A stretch of DNA of 64,000 bases from Candidatus Omnitrophota bacterium (GTDB taxonomy: Bacteria; Omnitrophota; Gorgyraeia; Gygaellales; Profunditerraquicolaceae): assembly GCA_028715785.1 (NCBI GenBank), contig JAQURC010000006.1, positions 21,630 through 85,629 on the forward strand. The letters run 5' to 3'. This document shows, piece by piece, positions 63,669 through 64,000 of this stretch; positions within the stretch are counted from its first letter, which is position 1, and every line of letters starts with the position of its first letter. The notes under the pieces are model-generated. The model did no database searches. It was given only the letters and a program-made list of their open reading frames with translations, and was not told where the DNA came from. Made by a program: the position numbers and the translations under genes.

Positions 63669-63753
63669 AAATTCAAGCTTTTTTACTAATTTTAAGTTAC
63701 AATATTAAGAAAAAGACAAGGAGAGAGGTTTGTATTTATTAGAGTTTTTAATC

Positions 63754-64000
63754 ATGTTTCCGTTGTTAATCTCCGTAATCCTGCTTTTGTTAAAAGGGGA
63801 AAGATTGCGGGCCGGCCTGGTCAAGATATCCGCCTTAGCCATTTCTTCGGCAGCCATTGCCCTGCTCATAAGCACTTTCCATCGAAGTATCCAGTATTTT
63901 AAAGCCGAATCCCATCTGGTTGATAAAATCATGTTTTTTACGGAATGGGCTTTGGCAGGTTATATTTTATATTTAGGGTTAAAATTCAAACGCGCCCGCC
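63754..64000 (+). CDS. 3'-partial ORF for a hydrophobic membrane protein (continues past the window end).
   Basis: ATG 63754, no stop to the window edge. MFPLLISVILLLLKG...ISALAISSAAIALLIS... predicts two or three TM helices. The overlapping minus-strand ORF 63705..63932 is judged spurious. Confidence 0.35.
   Translation, partial: MFPLLISVILLLLKGERLRAGLVKISALAISSAAIALLISTFHRSIQYFKAESHLVDKIMFFTEWALAGYILYLGLKFKRAR

Noticed and set aside
63705-63932. Minus-strand 75-aa ORF at the window end.
   Set aside because: It overlaps a + strand open frame (63754 to the window end) with a clear hydrophobic membrane-protein character. The + strand ORF is preferred.

Overview
All supported genes lie on the + strand and are tightly packed, with several 1-8 nt start/stop overlaps. 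GC content is moderate. The taxon cannot be assigned from sequence alone; giant ORFs and dense small palindromic repeats suggest an uncultured-lineage genome. Contents in order: (1) a 5'-open hypothetical ORF followed by a 1848-aa signal-peptide giant protein with an embedded SF2-helicase-like motif set, then a tandem-PilZ protein; (2) a glycan-utilisation cluster: CUT1-type ABC substrate-binding protein and two permeases (no ATPase), two clan GH-A glycoside hydrolases flanking a secreted tandem-duplicated CBM-like protein, a TPR-like secreted protein, ROK and LacI regulators; (3) nrdJ (class II ribonucleotide reductase) with tandem NrdR boxes, mnmG, a short queG-like gene; (4) a phosphate island: phoB/phoR-like pair, orphan receiver, porin, canonical pstSCAB-phoU, an ArsC/LMW-PTP, two TPR proteins, a 1448-aa membrane giant protein, a small membrane protein, an OMP, and a second pst operon with two asymmetrically degenerate pstB genes plus phoU, with TTTACM direct-repeat Pho boxes at four promoters; (5) a nitrogen island: Lrp/AsnC, aminotransferase, a GAF-ANTAR regulator overlapping nadE, dedA, a small sigma-70-family protein, OMP-amt-glnB, type III glutamine synthetase, a Fis-HTH mini-protein and gltBD. 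Three of these transcription units share a conserved promoter-like motif followed by leader terminator hairpins. At least five families of small palindromic repeats occur, including a MITE-like element inserted in-frame inside gltB. No rRNA, tRNA or CRISPR was detected.
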